Source: Candidatus Omnitrophota bacterium (GTDB lineage: Bacteria; Omnitrophota; Omnitrophia; Omnitrophales; Aquincolibacteriaceae). From it: 17,812 bases of DNA. The stretch is from positions 1 through 17,812 of the forward strand of contig JAZDJU010000063.1 in the NCBI GenBank assembly GCA_043803685.1, written 5' to 3'. Below are positions 5,758-14,798 of the stretch, one piece after another (the first letter of the stretch is position 1; each line of letters opens with the position of its first letter). The position numbers and the translations under genes are program-made. Under the pieces are notes generated by a model, which was not told where the DNA came from, ran no database searches, and was given only the letters and a program-made list of their open reading frames with translations.

Positions 5758-7971
5758 CTATACCTCCGTCACGATTGGGATAAAAACACGAAATGTCGTG
5801 CCTTGACCACGCACCGATTCAAGCTCGATATCGCCGTGGTGGGCATCAACCATTTTCCGAATGACATAAAGGCCGAGCCCAGTCCCTTTGACTGCTGTCG
5901 CCTTGGTTGTAAAAAATGGCACAAAAACCTTTTGCTTGTCAGCCTCAGACATGCCAAGCCCGTTATCGGTAACAATGATCTCCACACAACGCTTCTTATT
6001 TCGAAATGCTTCTTTTGCCGAAAGCGCAATGCGGCCTTTTTCTGGGTCCACAGGTTTCTCAAGAGTCCCCAGCGTCCACGCTTCGCGCTTCATTGTAATT
6101 GCATCAAACGCATTATCCAGAAGATTAAAGAGGATTTCCTCTAACTCGCTGAAATTCCCATGAACTTTAGGAAGGCCGTCGGGAATCTCCTCATAAAAAT
6201 CAATTTCAGAAAGCGAGCGTTTACATTCCCACAAGCGGATACAGCTCGTGGCCAATTCTCGAATAAGAACGGGACGAAAGCCTTCGCTTAACCTGCTAAA
6301 ACTCAATAGCCGTCTCACGATTTCGCTGCCATGATCGGAGCTTTTGGCAACACGCTCGCATAGCTTCGCCAAGGTTTCTGCCATTCCCTGCTCATCCTTA
6401 AAATCGTGTTCTTGGAAAAATTTTGTTAGCTTCTTGATTTCCTTCAACTGCGCCGATTCTACGCCAAGCTTGATGACGCAAAAACGATTATTGATTTGGT
6501 GGGCAATTCCTGCGGCCATTGTCCCCAGATCCGCCATCTTTGCCGCTTGAAAAAAGTGGGCTTGTTGCTGTTCAAACTCCGTTAGAAAAACACAATTCTC
6601 AATGGCAAGAGCCGCCTGATTGGCGAGTGTTGTTAGTGTATCAAGATCACTTTCGGTATAAAGGCGCTTTGATTTCTTGTCACCCAACACGACGAACCCA
6701 AGCAATCTCTCCTGAACAAAACTTGGCACAACCACCGCCGCATCTAGCCTTTCCATTTCCCGGATCACCTCATCGGGAATCTCCAAGGACGCAGCCCCCT
6801 GAGCCCGGATTTCCTCAAGAATTAACGGTTCTTTGGTATCCTGCATGCGTTGAATCAAGTCCGTGGCTTCGGAAACAATATCACTTCCCTGTCTGCGGTG
6901 ATCGCCCCGGGCAGCTTTGCAGATAAACTGTTTACCTTCTCTATCCCAAAGAAAAATGCGGGCGTGAGTAATTCGGATAGTCTTAGTAAGAATATGGACC
7001 ATTAACCTCAACAAACGGCTCAAGTCCTTGATGAGAGTCATTCCTCTCGATGCTTGAAGTAAGGTCTGCTGATAGGCTTTCTGCTCTCTCAAAAGGACCG
7101 CCTCAGCCCTGCGCTGAACGGTCATGTAAATAAATGGACCGACGAAGCTCAGCAGACTGAATAACCCGGCAGGCAATAGCCACCAGTTAATACCTAATTG
7201 CCTCTCAAGAAGACTGCGCATTTGAAAAATCAGGAAAGCAGGTATCCCGATAATAACGCAATATATCAAAACAAATATACCAGTCCGCGTCACGGCAAGC
7301 CGAACATCCATTAAGCGATACTTAATGATGACGTACGCGGCAATCCCGACATATCCTGAAACTAAAATATTTCCGACAGGTGGTATGGGAATTCCATACC
7401 ACAAGATGTAATTGGTTGCTCCACCTATCCATCCAATGGCCGTAGCCAGCAAAATGTACCGCATCTGATTGCGGACCATTCCAGACGATTTCCTAAATTC
7501 TTGATAAATAAGTACTGTCCCGTAAATAACGAGGCCGACCCAGAAAAATAAAAAGGGGTGAAATAACAGGCCCGGATCCGGCCAAAACTTAAAACCCAAC
7601 TTAGGACTCACCCCCGAAACAAAAAGCGGTGTAAAGCAAAGAACTGCCGAGCAGATAGCAAAAAAATAAGACCATCTTAATATCTTCTTTCGGCTGTTTA
7701 CTTGGTTCAAAAACACCAGAATGTGATGCAAGTAGAAAATAGGGATAAAGCTCGCCCCAACCATTAGCCCTCTTGAGTAGAATAGCGCCGTCTGATAATC
7801 GCTTGCATTTTGCCATAAAAAATAGGCAAAACTCCACACAGCGACAGAAAGGGAGAAAAAGAAATAGGTGATGTTTTTGAGGTTGCGATGACTTTGACGA
7901 ATAACGAAAATTCCAAAAAACAGACTCGTCACGCCATTGATCAAACTGCTAACGATGCAGTAAATTACCAT
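5758..7971 (-). CDS. Membrane sensor histidine kinase (HisKA_7TM-like membrane region, GAF, HisKA, HATPase)
   Basis: Multiple N-terminal hydrophobic helices; GAF-like segment (VVVPSF...LLGFVVLGDK...LANQAALAIEN); H-box AHQINN; N-box NLLDNAFDA; DNGLG; FVPFFTTK; GTGLGL. Confidence 0.95.
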   Translation of the reverse strand: MVIYCIVSSLINGVTSLFFGIFVIRQSHRNLKNITYFFFSLSVAVWSFAYFLWQNASDYQTALFYSRGLMVGASFIPIFYLHHILVFLNQVNSRKKILRWSYFFAICSAVLCFTPLFVSGVSPKLGFKFWPDPGLLFHPFLFFWVGLVIYGTVLIYQEFRKSSGMVRNQMRYILLATAIGWIGGATNYILWYGIPIPPVGNILVSGYVGIAAYVIIKYRLMDVRLAVTRTGIFVLIYCVIIGIPAFLIFQMRSLLERQLGINWWLLPAGLFSLLSFVGPFIYMTVQRRAEAVLLREQKAYQQTLLQASRGMTLIKDLSRLLRLMVHILTKTIRITHARIFLWDREGKQFICKAARGDHRRQGSDIVSEATDLIQRMQDTKEPLILEEIRAQGAASLEIPDEVIREMERLDAAVVVPSFVQERLLGFVVLGDKKSKRLYTESDLDTLTTLANQAALAIENCVFLTEFEQQQAHFFQAAKMADLGTMAAGIAHQINNRFCVIKLGVESAQLKEIKKLTKFFQEHDFKDEQGMAETLAKLCERVAKSSDHGSEIVRRLLSFSRLSEGFRPVLIRELATSCIRLWECKRSLSEIDFYEEIPDGLPKVHGNFSELEEILFNLLDNAFDAITMKREAWTLGTLEKPVDPEKGRIALSAKEAFRNKKRCVEIIVTDNGLGMSEADKQKVFVPFFTTKATAVKGTGLGLYVIRKMVDAHHGDIELESVRGQGTTFRVFIPIVTEV

Positions 7972-7983
7972 GAAGGAGGCTTT

Positions 7984-9015
7984 TTATGACGGGTTCTGAG
8001 CAACAACATACTGAATGATGCCCTGTTGCTCAAATATCGTTCTCAGATTTTTCTCATCAAAGCCCGCCTCAAGAAAAATTTTTCTAAACTCTTCTTCGCT
8101 TCGATAAATCAACTGCCACTCTCCAACCCATTCCAAAAAATAGAAGGACGGGTTTTGCTGCTTTTCCCCAAAGTTTGCAATAAATAACACGCCGTTCGGC
8201 TTCAGGAGTTCTTTTAGCGCCCTAATCAGCCTCTGCGCCAAACGCTCGTCCAGATAATCAAAAAGGCCCAATGAAAATATTAAATCGTACCGTTCATTCG
8301 GGATGGATTTTTTAAAAGCAATTCTCACGGCATTTTCTTTATAAAAATTTACAAATTTCAAGTTGCTACCCAAAAGAGTCTTTGCGTATTCAATAGCGTT
8401 TTCGTCTTGGTCATAACAATCAATGGAAAGATTGCGTTGATCGGAAGGAATTTCTTCAAGCATCTCGTTAATGTCTCTACAAGGGCCAGAAGCAAGGTCC
8501 ATTATTTTTATAGCCTTGCCGTTATTTGATTTTATCAAAGACCCGATAAATTTCTTGATGTCTTCTTTCCGATTGCGAATAGCAAAGGCCGCTGCCGACA
8601 TTTGCGCGTAATTGTCAAAGAGGCGGGCAAAACCTTCCGTCCTGGGGTCATTTCGATAAATATCATCGATGATCTTGAAATCCCCCGCATAGCCATACGG
8701 TTTCTTGAGGCTCCAACAAATGTGTTCGCCATGCAAAAAATCAGCCCGAAGATGGTTGATGAAAATTCTTTTTAGTTTATAAACGCTCACCTCATCGTTT
8801 TTGGACAATCGCTCTTGTTCAAAAACCATAAGATCTCGGAAAATGGCGTTAATTTCCTGATTAAAAACGCTCTGATATTTTCCCCAATCACTGGGATGGG
8901 CATCCAAATGAGCTTTAAGCTCTGCGGCAACTTCTCGATATTTCTTGATTCGTTTTCTCAGAGATGCTTCCTGAGACTTAAGAAGAGAATTGATTTTTGT
9001 CATTGACTCGTTCAA
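7984..9015 (-). CDS. Class I SAM-dependent methyltransferase, PhcB-like (KPxGYAGD family)
   Basis: Motif I MDLASGPC, YDQD, YDLIFSLGLFDYL, LKPNG, plus KPYGYAGDFKIIDDIY. The real start may be ATG 9003. The PhcB likeness is from memory of the motif, not from a search. Confidence 0.88.
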   Translation of the reverse strand: MNESMTKINSLLKSQEASLRKRIKKYREVAAELKAHLDAHPSDWGKYQSVFNQEINAIFRDLMVFEQERLSKNDEVSVYKLKRIFINHLRADFLHGEHICWSLKKPYGYAGDFKIIDDIYRNDPRTEGFARLFDNYAQMSAAAFAIRNRKEDIKKFIGSLIKSNNGKAIKIMDLASGPCRDINEMLEEIPSDQRNLSIDCYDQDENAIEYAKTLLGSNLKFVNFYKENAVRIAFKKSIPNERYDLIFSLGLFDYLDERLAQRLIRALKELLKPNGVLFIANFGEKQQNPSFYFLEWVGEWQLIYRSEEEFRKIFLEAGFDEKNLRTIFEQQGIIQYVVAQNPS

Positions 9016-9389
9016 ACTCCCAGAGCTTTTTTGACTTCTTCCAGAAAAAGCATTAGGTCGAAGGGCTTCAAAATGTAAGCTTGCGGCTTTAATGTCATCG
9101 CCCCTTCTTCAGCCGCTTGATCCGCATAACCTGTCATAAAAATTCTGGGGGCATGCTTTACTCCCCGTTTTGTCATTAGATCCAAAATTCGCCTTACGGT
9201 TTCGATACCATCAATCCCCGGCATCCTAATGTCACTGACAATAAGATCGAAATCAATGGCTTCTGCCATGGCCATGGCTTCATCGCACCGTTTAGCCACC
9301 AACACCTCGTATCCACTTTTTTCAAGAGCAAGCACAAGACTTTTCGTGATCAACTCTTCGTCGTCAATTACGAGAATTTGTTTTTTCAT
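9012..9389 (-). CDS. Single-domain response regulator (CheY-like)
   Basis: IDDE, SDIRMPG, MTG and LKPF motifs. Confidence 0.92.
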   Translation of the reverse strand: MKKQILVIDDEELITKSLVLALEKSGYEVLVAKRCDEAMAMAEAIDFDLIVSDIRMPGIDGIETVRRILDLMTKRGVKHAPRIFMTGYADQAAEEGAMTLKPQAYILKPFDLMLFLEEVKKALGV

Positions 9390-9585
9390 CTTGTTCCCCA
9401 GAGTCTTTTAATTTATTCAGAAATAGCCATTTCATTTGCCTCAAATAATATCCCTTAAAAGCATCTCGCAATTGTTTCTTTTCTTTCCCAAGTCGCAGAG
9501 CAATCCAAATCCCAAGAGCCACACATACAACAACATCCGCCCAAAAAAACATCATCCAAAAAGGACTGTTCGGCCCCATGTCCAT
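9364..9585 (-). CDS. Small single-pass membrane protein (73 aa), first gene of the signalling operon
   Basis: GGAGG at 9595-9591 before ATG 9585, preferred over the track's 9612 start. Hydrophobic stretch FWMMFFWADVVVCVALGIWIAL followed by RLGKEKK. Overlaps the start of the REC gene. Confidence 0.65.
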   Translation of the reverse strand: MDMGPNSPFWMMFFWADVVVCVALGIWIALRLGKEKKQLRDAFKGYYLRQMKWLFLNKLKDSGEQDEKTNSRN

Positions 9586-9721
9586 AAACACCTCCAAAAA
9601 ATTGATCTTCAATCCAACTCAATTATCGGACGTTTTAGGGATATTCTAGAGATGATTCCTCTGTAAAGCCATTGACGAAATTTAAAGGCAAACGTCCCTC
9701 ACACGCCTCAGAATGCCTCTA

Positions 9722-9749
9722 ATGCACGATAATACACGTTATGCCCCAT
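9722..9749. other. dif-like (XerC/D-type tyrosine recombinase) 11-6-11 site
   Basis: ATGCACGATAA-TACACG-TTATGCCCCAT has the ATAA-N6-TTAT core of E. coli dif (GGTGCGCATAA TGTATA TTATGTTAAAT); the outer arms diverge. Confidence 0.5.
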
Positions 9750-9799
9750 CAGGTGAGCGGGTTTTGAAGCTGAGACAGCTCCAAAAATCCAAAAAAGTC

Positions 9800-9821
9800 T
9801 TGTGACCATTTTGTGTCTATT
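9800..9821 (+). repeat. 11-bp imperfect tandem repeat resembling integrase arm-type sites
   Basis: TTGTGACCATT followed by TTGTGTCTATT (9 of 11 identical), 50 bp from the dif-like site. Confidence 0.35.
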
Positions 9822-10000
9822 TTAACGCTGAATAAGCCTTATGTGAGGTCAAGAGGGGTCAGAATCGGACAAGAGAGAAATCGTGATGCGTAGAGAGGAA
9901 ATTGCGTAAACGAAGTAAATACAAGCGGTTCGGAAAAAACGTGCGGACGCTTTATCACTCGTTGTCATGTTTCAGTTGGAATACGACAAAGACGTCAGCG

Positions 10001-10396
10001 TTATTGACTCTCTCGCTCTGCGGAGTATTCATCTAACGCATCTCTTCCGAGCTGGCTAATTGTCTTCCCCGTTAGCTCGGACATGGATCTCAGCCATTCG
10101 GCCTGGTCTTTTCGAAGAGTTACGGATACGGTCTTCAGACCCAGGATCGAATGCTTCTGGTATGACGGGAGCGGCTGAGGGATTATTTTCTTTTTATTCT
10201 GATTCAACCAAAAAGTATCAACGGCTTTTCGAGATATGTTGGATCGGTCAGAATGTGTCCTTTTGACCTCATTTTCGAGCTTTTTCAACTGTTCCTGGGT
10301 CAATCCAAACAGAACCGGAAGGAGTCTCCCGGCCTCCCCGTAATACTTCTTAACTCCTTTGCCTCCCAATAGGTTACGGCGAACAGGCGGAAGCAA
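10001..10396 (-). CDS. Tandem ribbon-helix-helix (CopG-like) DNA-binding protein; start uncertain
   Basis: C-terminal KTVSVTLRKDQAEWLRSMSELTGKTISQLGRDALDEY is a classic RHH pattern. N-terminal PVLFGLTQEQLKKLENEVKRTHSDRSNISRKAVDTF is similar. Only TTG starts are available. Confidence 0.65.
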   Translation of the reverse strand: MLPPVRRNLLGGKGVKKYYGEAGRLLPVLFGLTQEQLKKLENEVKRTHSDRSNISRKAVDTFWLNQNKKKIIPQPLPSYQKHSILGLKTVSVTLRKDQAEWLRSMSELTGKTISQLGRDALDEYSAERESQ

Positions 10397-10403
10397 TTGC
10401 GTT

Positions 10404-11210
10404 TTAAAATGGAGTGTAATTCCATTTCGTATCCGCCATGGGTGAGATGTGGATCGTCCCGGTTTTCATGAACTGGTTACGAACCTCGGGCGCGACATCG
10501 CTCCTGAGGCCAAGCACCAAAGCCTTCAGGATCGCGGCATGAGGCGCGGCATAAAGTTTATCGATCAGCGCTGCTAGCTTTCGACGTGTTTGGGCCAGGA
10601 TCCTTCCCGGCAAAAACTTCCCTCCCTCACGGACCACGCGAACACTTTTTTTCCCGATCGTCTGAAAGACCGCGTGAATATTTTTTTGCGCCAGAAAGTC
10701 CCCATAATCAAACTCTCCAGGATTCAGGACCTGCCGGGGCGCGCTGAGTGTCCCGTAAAGCCAGAGTTCATCTCCCACCTGCGGGAGCACAGGCGCCTGG
10801 AGTAAAAAGGTCTGAACCTCACCGCTTACTTTTCGAAACTTCCTGCGAGAGCCCTCTTGCCTTGAGATCGAGCGCGCTTTAAGGACCAAAGAGACGGTAG
10901 CCTTCTTTCCGCGCGTCTTGATCTCAGGTAATGCGCTCACGACTCCACGGAGCGTGATCCTCTCCGGACCCGCGAAGTTCCGAACGGCATTGGCCGGCAC
11001 ATGCGCGTCAAGTTGCGCCCAAAGGATCCCCGCGCATGCCAAAAGAAGGACAAAAAGGGGCCCGAAATATCTCCAGCCGCGTAAAAACCAAAGAAGGAGT
11101 ATGCCCAAACCCAGTATCCACGCCAGCCCGGCAGCTGGAATGTTCCCGTATTTTGACGCGAAGAGACCAACAGAGAACCCAAGAGCGATCCATAAAAATG
11201 GAAGATTCAT
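10404..11210 (-). pseudogene. comEC: ComEC/Rec2 competence protein, N-terminal fragment (TM helices, DUF4131/OB region, start of the Competence domain), truncated
   Basis: LNPGEFDYGDFL and AILKALVLGLRS...NQFMKTGTIHI. The expected LAISG continuation is replaced by SPMADTKWNYTPF and a stop. At 268 aa it is much shorter than a full ComEC. Confidence 0.85.
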
Positions 11211-11217
11211 ATTGCGT

Positions 11218-11223
11218 ATTATA
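11218..11223 (-). promoter_or_regulatory. Perfect -10 box 7 nt upstream of the comEC ATG (possible leaderless transcript)
   Basis: Minus strand reads TATAAT-acgcaat-ATG, with no SD. Confidence 0.45.
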
Positions 11224-11289
11224 CATTGCTTTTTTGATTAATATACAAGTTTCAAGTTATGAAATTTGGTTTTGAGGGCTACTTTCTAT

Positions 11290-11382
11290 CTAGAACACCC
11301 AGGACCGGTAAGCTATCACGAGGACAAGGACGAGGAGAAAAAAAAGAAGAAGCGTATTTTGATGTTTCAAGTGGGGCGCCAT
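11290..11382 (-). CDS. Possible 30-aa single-TM small protein
   Basis: MAPHLKHQNTLLLFFLLVLVLVIAYRSWVF starts 15 nt after the exeB-like stop; no clear SD. Confidence 0.3.
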   Translation of the reverse strand: MAPHLKHQNTLLLFFLLVLVLVIAYRSWVF

Positions 11383-11397
11383 TCGAAAAGAGAGGGC

Positions 11398-11877
11398 CTA
11401 TAGAATGAGTTGGAGATCTCTTCCCTGAACATCCAACCGGACCTCCCCATCGCCAATAGCCTTGACGATAGCATGTCCCGGGAGAGAATCACCAATGCCG
11501 ACGATCATATCATTGATTACAGCCATGGACTCGCCATTGATGCGCGTAATACCCGTGAGACGAAAGATAGAGCCGGAAATGATCCGTAACGGCGCATGGG
11601 GAATAGGCAGCATCGTCTTGGCCGGCATTTTCGCCTGAGAATGAGCATACTGACTCCCCGCCCAAACAAGCCCAACGACAAAACACATCAGCAAAACTCC
11701 CAAAGAGATCATCCAAAAAATCTTCCGGCGCCTGGCATAGGATTCCTGAACCTGACTGAGCTCCCTTTCGAGCGCTGCCCCCATCGGATCGCGATCCAAT
11801 ACGCTTGGTCCGGCACCTGTCACTTTCGTCTCTTTCACACGATGGGTCTTTTCTAACGCTTGTTGGATCAAACTCAT
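11398..11877 (-). CDS. ExeB/GspB-like (T2SSB/MshK-like) single-TM protein
   Basis: N-terminal MSLIQQALEK, one TM helix, C-terminal LTGI...AVIND..VGIGDSL...VKAI...VRL; ATGA overlap with the exeA-like gene. Confidence 0.7.
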   Translation of the reverse strand: MSLIQQALEKTHRVKETKVTGAGPSVLDRDPMGAALERELSQVQESYARRRKIFWMISLGVLLMCFVVGLVWAGSQYAHSQAKMPAKTMLPIPHAPLRIISGSIFRLTGITRINGESMAVINDMIVGIGDSLPGHAIVKAIGDGEVRLDVQGRDLQLIL

Positions 11878-12683
11878 ACAAACACCCCCTCAAGATCGGC
11901 TTCGGCGCACTCCACCAAAACAGGATCGATGATGCGAACATTTCGGGTATAGGCGGCCAGTAATGCACGGTCCGCCAGGACGTTAATAACCCTCGGGACC
12001 CCCGAGGAGAGCTCATAGATGCGCTGCATGGCCTCAGCCGTAAAAAAATTCTCACTGGCCCCCGCCACATTCAATCGATGCGCGATATACTGCTGGACCT
12101 CTTCCAAGCTCAGCTCCGGAAGGTGACAACGCACGGTAATGCGTTGGCGGAGCTGTTTGAGGTCCGGACGCTTGAGAAGGTCCTTCAACTCGGGCTGTCC
12201 CATCAAAATGATCTGCAAAAGTTTTTGTGTGGCAGTCTCAAGATTCGAGAGAAGGCGGATCTGCTCCAGAGCGCGTGGCGGTAAAAGCTGGGCCTCATCA
12301 ATGATCAGCACCGCATTAAACCCCTTGGCACTTTCTTCAAGAAGGAAACGGTTCAGACAATCAAAATAGTCCTTCCGGCGCCGCGACTTGGGCTTCAGGC
12401 CAAAATCCTCGACGATCTCCTGCAATAGCTCGAGCTCAGAAAGTTTCGGATTAAAAACAAGCGAACTATGAACATTCTCACCCAACTGCCGGAGAAACGC
12501 GCGCGAAAGCGTCGTCTTCCCCGCCCCGATCTCGCCGGTGATCTGGATGAACCCCGTTCGCCGCTCCACTCCGTAACACATCGCCGAAAGTGCCGCCTGA
12601 TGATGCCGGCTCAAATAGACAAAGCGCGGGTCCGGAGTCATATTGAACGGAGGCTGCGCTAAACCAAAAAAAGCTTCATACAT
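11874..12683 (-). CDS. ExeA/GspA-family AAA ATPase (ATPase domain only)
   Basis: MYEAFFGLAQPPFNMTPDPRF N-terminus (ATG 12683 preferred over 12725); Walker A GEIGAGKTT; Walker B LIIDEAQ; GQPEL; QLRQRI; GVPRVIN. Confidence 0.92.
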   Translation of the reverse strand: MYEAFFGLAQPPFNMTPDPRFVYLSRHHQAALSAMCYGVERRTGFIQITGEIGAGKTTLSRAFLRQLGENVHSSLVFNPKLSELELLQEIVEDFGLKPKSRRRKDYFDCLNRFLLEESAKGFNAVLIIDEAQLLPPRALEQIRLLSNLETATQKLLQIILMGQPELKDLLKRPDLKQLRQRITVRCHLPELSLEEVQQYIAHRLNVAGASENFFTAEAMQRIYELSSGVPRVINVLADRALLAAYTRNVRIIDPVLVECAEADLEGVFV

Positions 12684-12764
12684 GATCCACGCCCTTTCCC
12701 AATGAATGGGAGCTCTGTCGTTCACGTATTCGCAAAAAAGAAGTCGGTTTAAAACGATCTCGTG

Positions 12765-14798
12765 TCATCGTAGCTCTAAAATACGACCGTCCTTACGGGC
12801 AACATGGATATTAAGAGGCTGACGCCCCTCTCTTGAGTAAGCGACCTTCTCCCCGTTCATCAGATCGCGAACGATCATCTTCCCTTTGATCTTAGAAAGC
12901 GCCGGAAGGAAAATGGCAGCACTCTTGTCTTCGTTGCCGTTATTGACCACCACCAGGAAATACCGCTTACCGCGACTAAAGAGCGCCGTTTTGACGTCCC
13001 TCGTCACAGTGTAGGCAAACAGGGGTACCTTGAGATAGCTCAATACACCGAGCACTAGACTCGGCACCGGCTCCACCCCTAAGTGAATGATCTTTCCCTT
13101 GCCGATCTTTTTGATGTAACCGACCGTTTGTGTTCCATAGGTCCCGAGATCCGCCTGGATCTTTTCACATCCTTCAGCATTAAAAATATAGACCGAACTG
13201 TTGACCGTGATCGGATCCGACCCCTTATCGAAGGTCAACGAAAATTGCCGTTTGAATTCGAAGAGCGTCCGCTCCGGTTCCTCGAACCCCACGATCTGAT
13301 ACGGTCTAAAATTATCGTCCTTGCGAGGAAAAGAGCGAAATGCTACCAAAGTCCCGCCATTTTCCACATAACGCCGCAGGTTCTCATGCGCGGCCTTCTC
13401 AAGCCACTGATTGCCCGAATAGAAAAGGACCTTCTTCTGTGGAATTTCACGGCGAGGGTCGCACACGTCATAGTCCACGTCGCCCTGGTAAAGCGCGGAG
13501 AGAATAGGGCTGTCGTGCGTCAACGTCCGGGCGGCATACTGGAGAGGATTAAAAGTAACGCTGATCTCGGTCAATTTCTTCAGAGAAGTAGGCTTGAGCT
13601 CTTTAAAAGCACTGACGATCTGTTTAAAAACGTCATAAAGCTCACCGCGCACCCGCCCCCATTCATTGATCGGCGACATATACCAGTTATCGCGATTCAC
13701 CAGCATGTACCAGTTCCACCCTTTGACGCCAGCAAGGAACGCGGAAAGACAGATCATCCGGTAATGATTGGGTGTGAGTACGCTTGTTTCGTAATGACGC
13801 CCGTGCCAGATCCCGGATTGGAACTCCGCGATAAACGGAAGCTTGGAAACGCTCGCGAGATAACGGATCTTGTCACACAATTTTCGATGCTCAAATTCAT
13901 CCTCTTTAAGTTCATTGGAAGGATAAATGTCCAACCCGACAGCATCCCCGACATCTTGTAAAGCTGACCAATCGTGTGCGTAAAAAAACGGGTACGTGTT
14001 CAAATAGATCGGCACATCGGCTCCAAGATCACGGTACATCTTGATACTTTGATTCGCGACTTCCTTAGAATACCCATACTTGAACTTGAAATAGTCGAGG
14101 TGCCGTTTGAGTTCCTTATCCCCTTTAAGCGGAAGTCCCGTTTCGTGGGCAAGCATGGTGGCGATAAAAGGCGACGCCTCGTGGAAAGACGCGTAAGTCG
14201 TACCCCAGGAATCGTTCAGCGCTGAAAGATTCGACTTATAAAGATCCCGTATGAAATCTTGAAAAAGACCCGGCTTCCCCGAAAGCCCGTACTGATGCCC
14301 GAAAATATCCGGCCAGGGATCGATCTCATTGTCGGCCTGGAGCATCAGGATATGCCCGTTCTTGCGCGAAGCGAGATATGGCAAGAAGACCTTACTGACT
14401 TGCTTCAAATATTCCTGGGCGTAAGACAAAAACTTGGGATGAAGTCGATGATATTTGTAGGCGTAATCAGGAACACCATCGCGCGGCCATTCGCTATAAA
14501 TGTAGGGCCCCGGGCGAAGGATCAGCCAAAAACCTTCCTTGCGGGTTAATTCGAGAAAACCTTTGAGATTGCGAGCTTCGTCAGTCTTCCCGTTGAAATC
14601 AAAGTGCCCGCGCTTATATTCGTGAAAATCCCAAGGGACATAGGTGGAGATGATCTCGATCCCCATCTCGCGGACGCGACGAAGCGCCTCCCGCCAATAA
14701 TTGGGATTGAGACGCCAGTAATGCACCTCGCCGGATATCAGAGGAACTTCTTGCTTCCCGACAAAGATCTTTTGGTTCTTGATCTCGACTTTAGTCAT
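12765..14798 (-). CDS. GH35/GH42-type glycoside hydrolase (beta-galactosidase family)
   Basis: [27 protein letters not shown], acid/base QADNE, nucleophile AEFQSG and a C-terminal trimerisation-like domain. ATG 14798 overlaps the end of leuS. No signal peptide. Confidence 0.88.
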   Translation of the reverse strand: MTKVEIKNQKIFVGKQEVPLISGEVHYWRLNPNYWREALRRVREMGIEIISTYVPWDFHEYKRGHFDFNGKTDEARNLKGFLELTRKEGFWLILRPGPYIYSEWPRDGVPDYAYKYHRLHPKFLSYAQEYLKQVSKVFLPYLASRKNGHILMLQADNEIDPWPDIFGHQYGLSGKPGLFQDFIRDLYKSNLSALNDSWGTTYASFHEASPFIATMLAHETGLPLKGDKELKRHLDYFKFKYGYSKEVANQSIKMYRDLGADVPIYLNTYPFFYAHDWSALQDVGDAVGLDIYPSNELKEDEFEHRKLCDKIRYLASVSKLPFIAEFQSGIWHGRHYETSVLTPNHYRMICLSAFLAGVKGWNWYMLVNRDNWYMSPINEWGRVRGELYDVFKQIVSAFKELKPTSLKKLTEISVTFNPLQYAARTLTHDSPILSALYQGDVDYDVCDPRREIPQKKVLFYSGNQWLEKAAHENLRRYVENGGTLVAFRSFPRKDDNFRPYQIVGFEEPERTLFEFKRQFSLTFDKGSDPITVNSSVYIFNAEGCEKIQADLGTYGTQTVGYIKKIGKGKIIHLGVEPVPSLVLGVLSYLKVPLFAYTVTRDVKTALFSRGKRYFLVVVNNGNEDKSAAIFLPALSKIKGKMIVRDLMNGEKVAYSREGRQPLNIHVARKDGRILELR

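Noticed and set aside
5758..7971. Naming the kinase prsK (PEP-CTERM system) or phcS
   Set aside because: The architecture is only broadly similar, there is no PrsR-like sigma54 activator or exosortase nearby, and orthology cannot be shown without a search.
1..10445. Prophage or conjugative element call for the accessory region
   Set aside because: No integrase, structural, replication or conjugation genes are in the window; only an unclassified island can be inferred.
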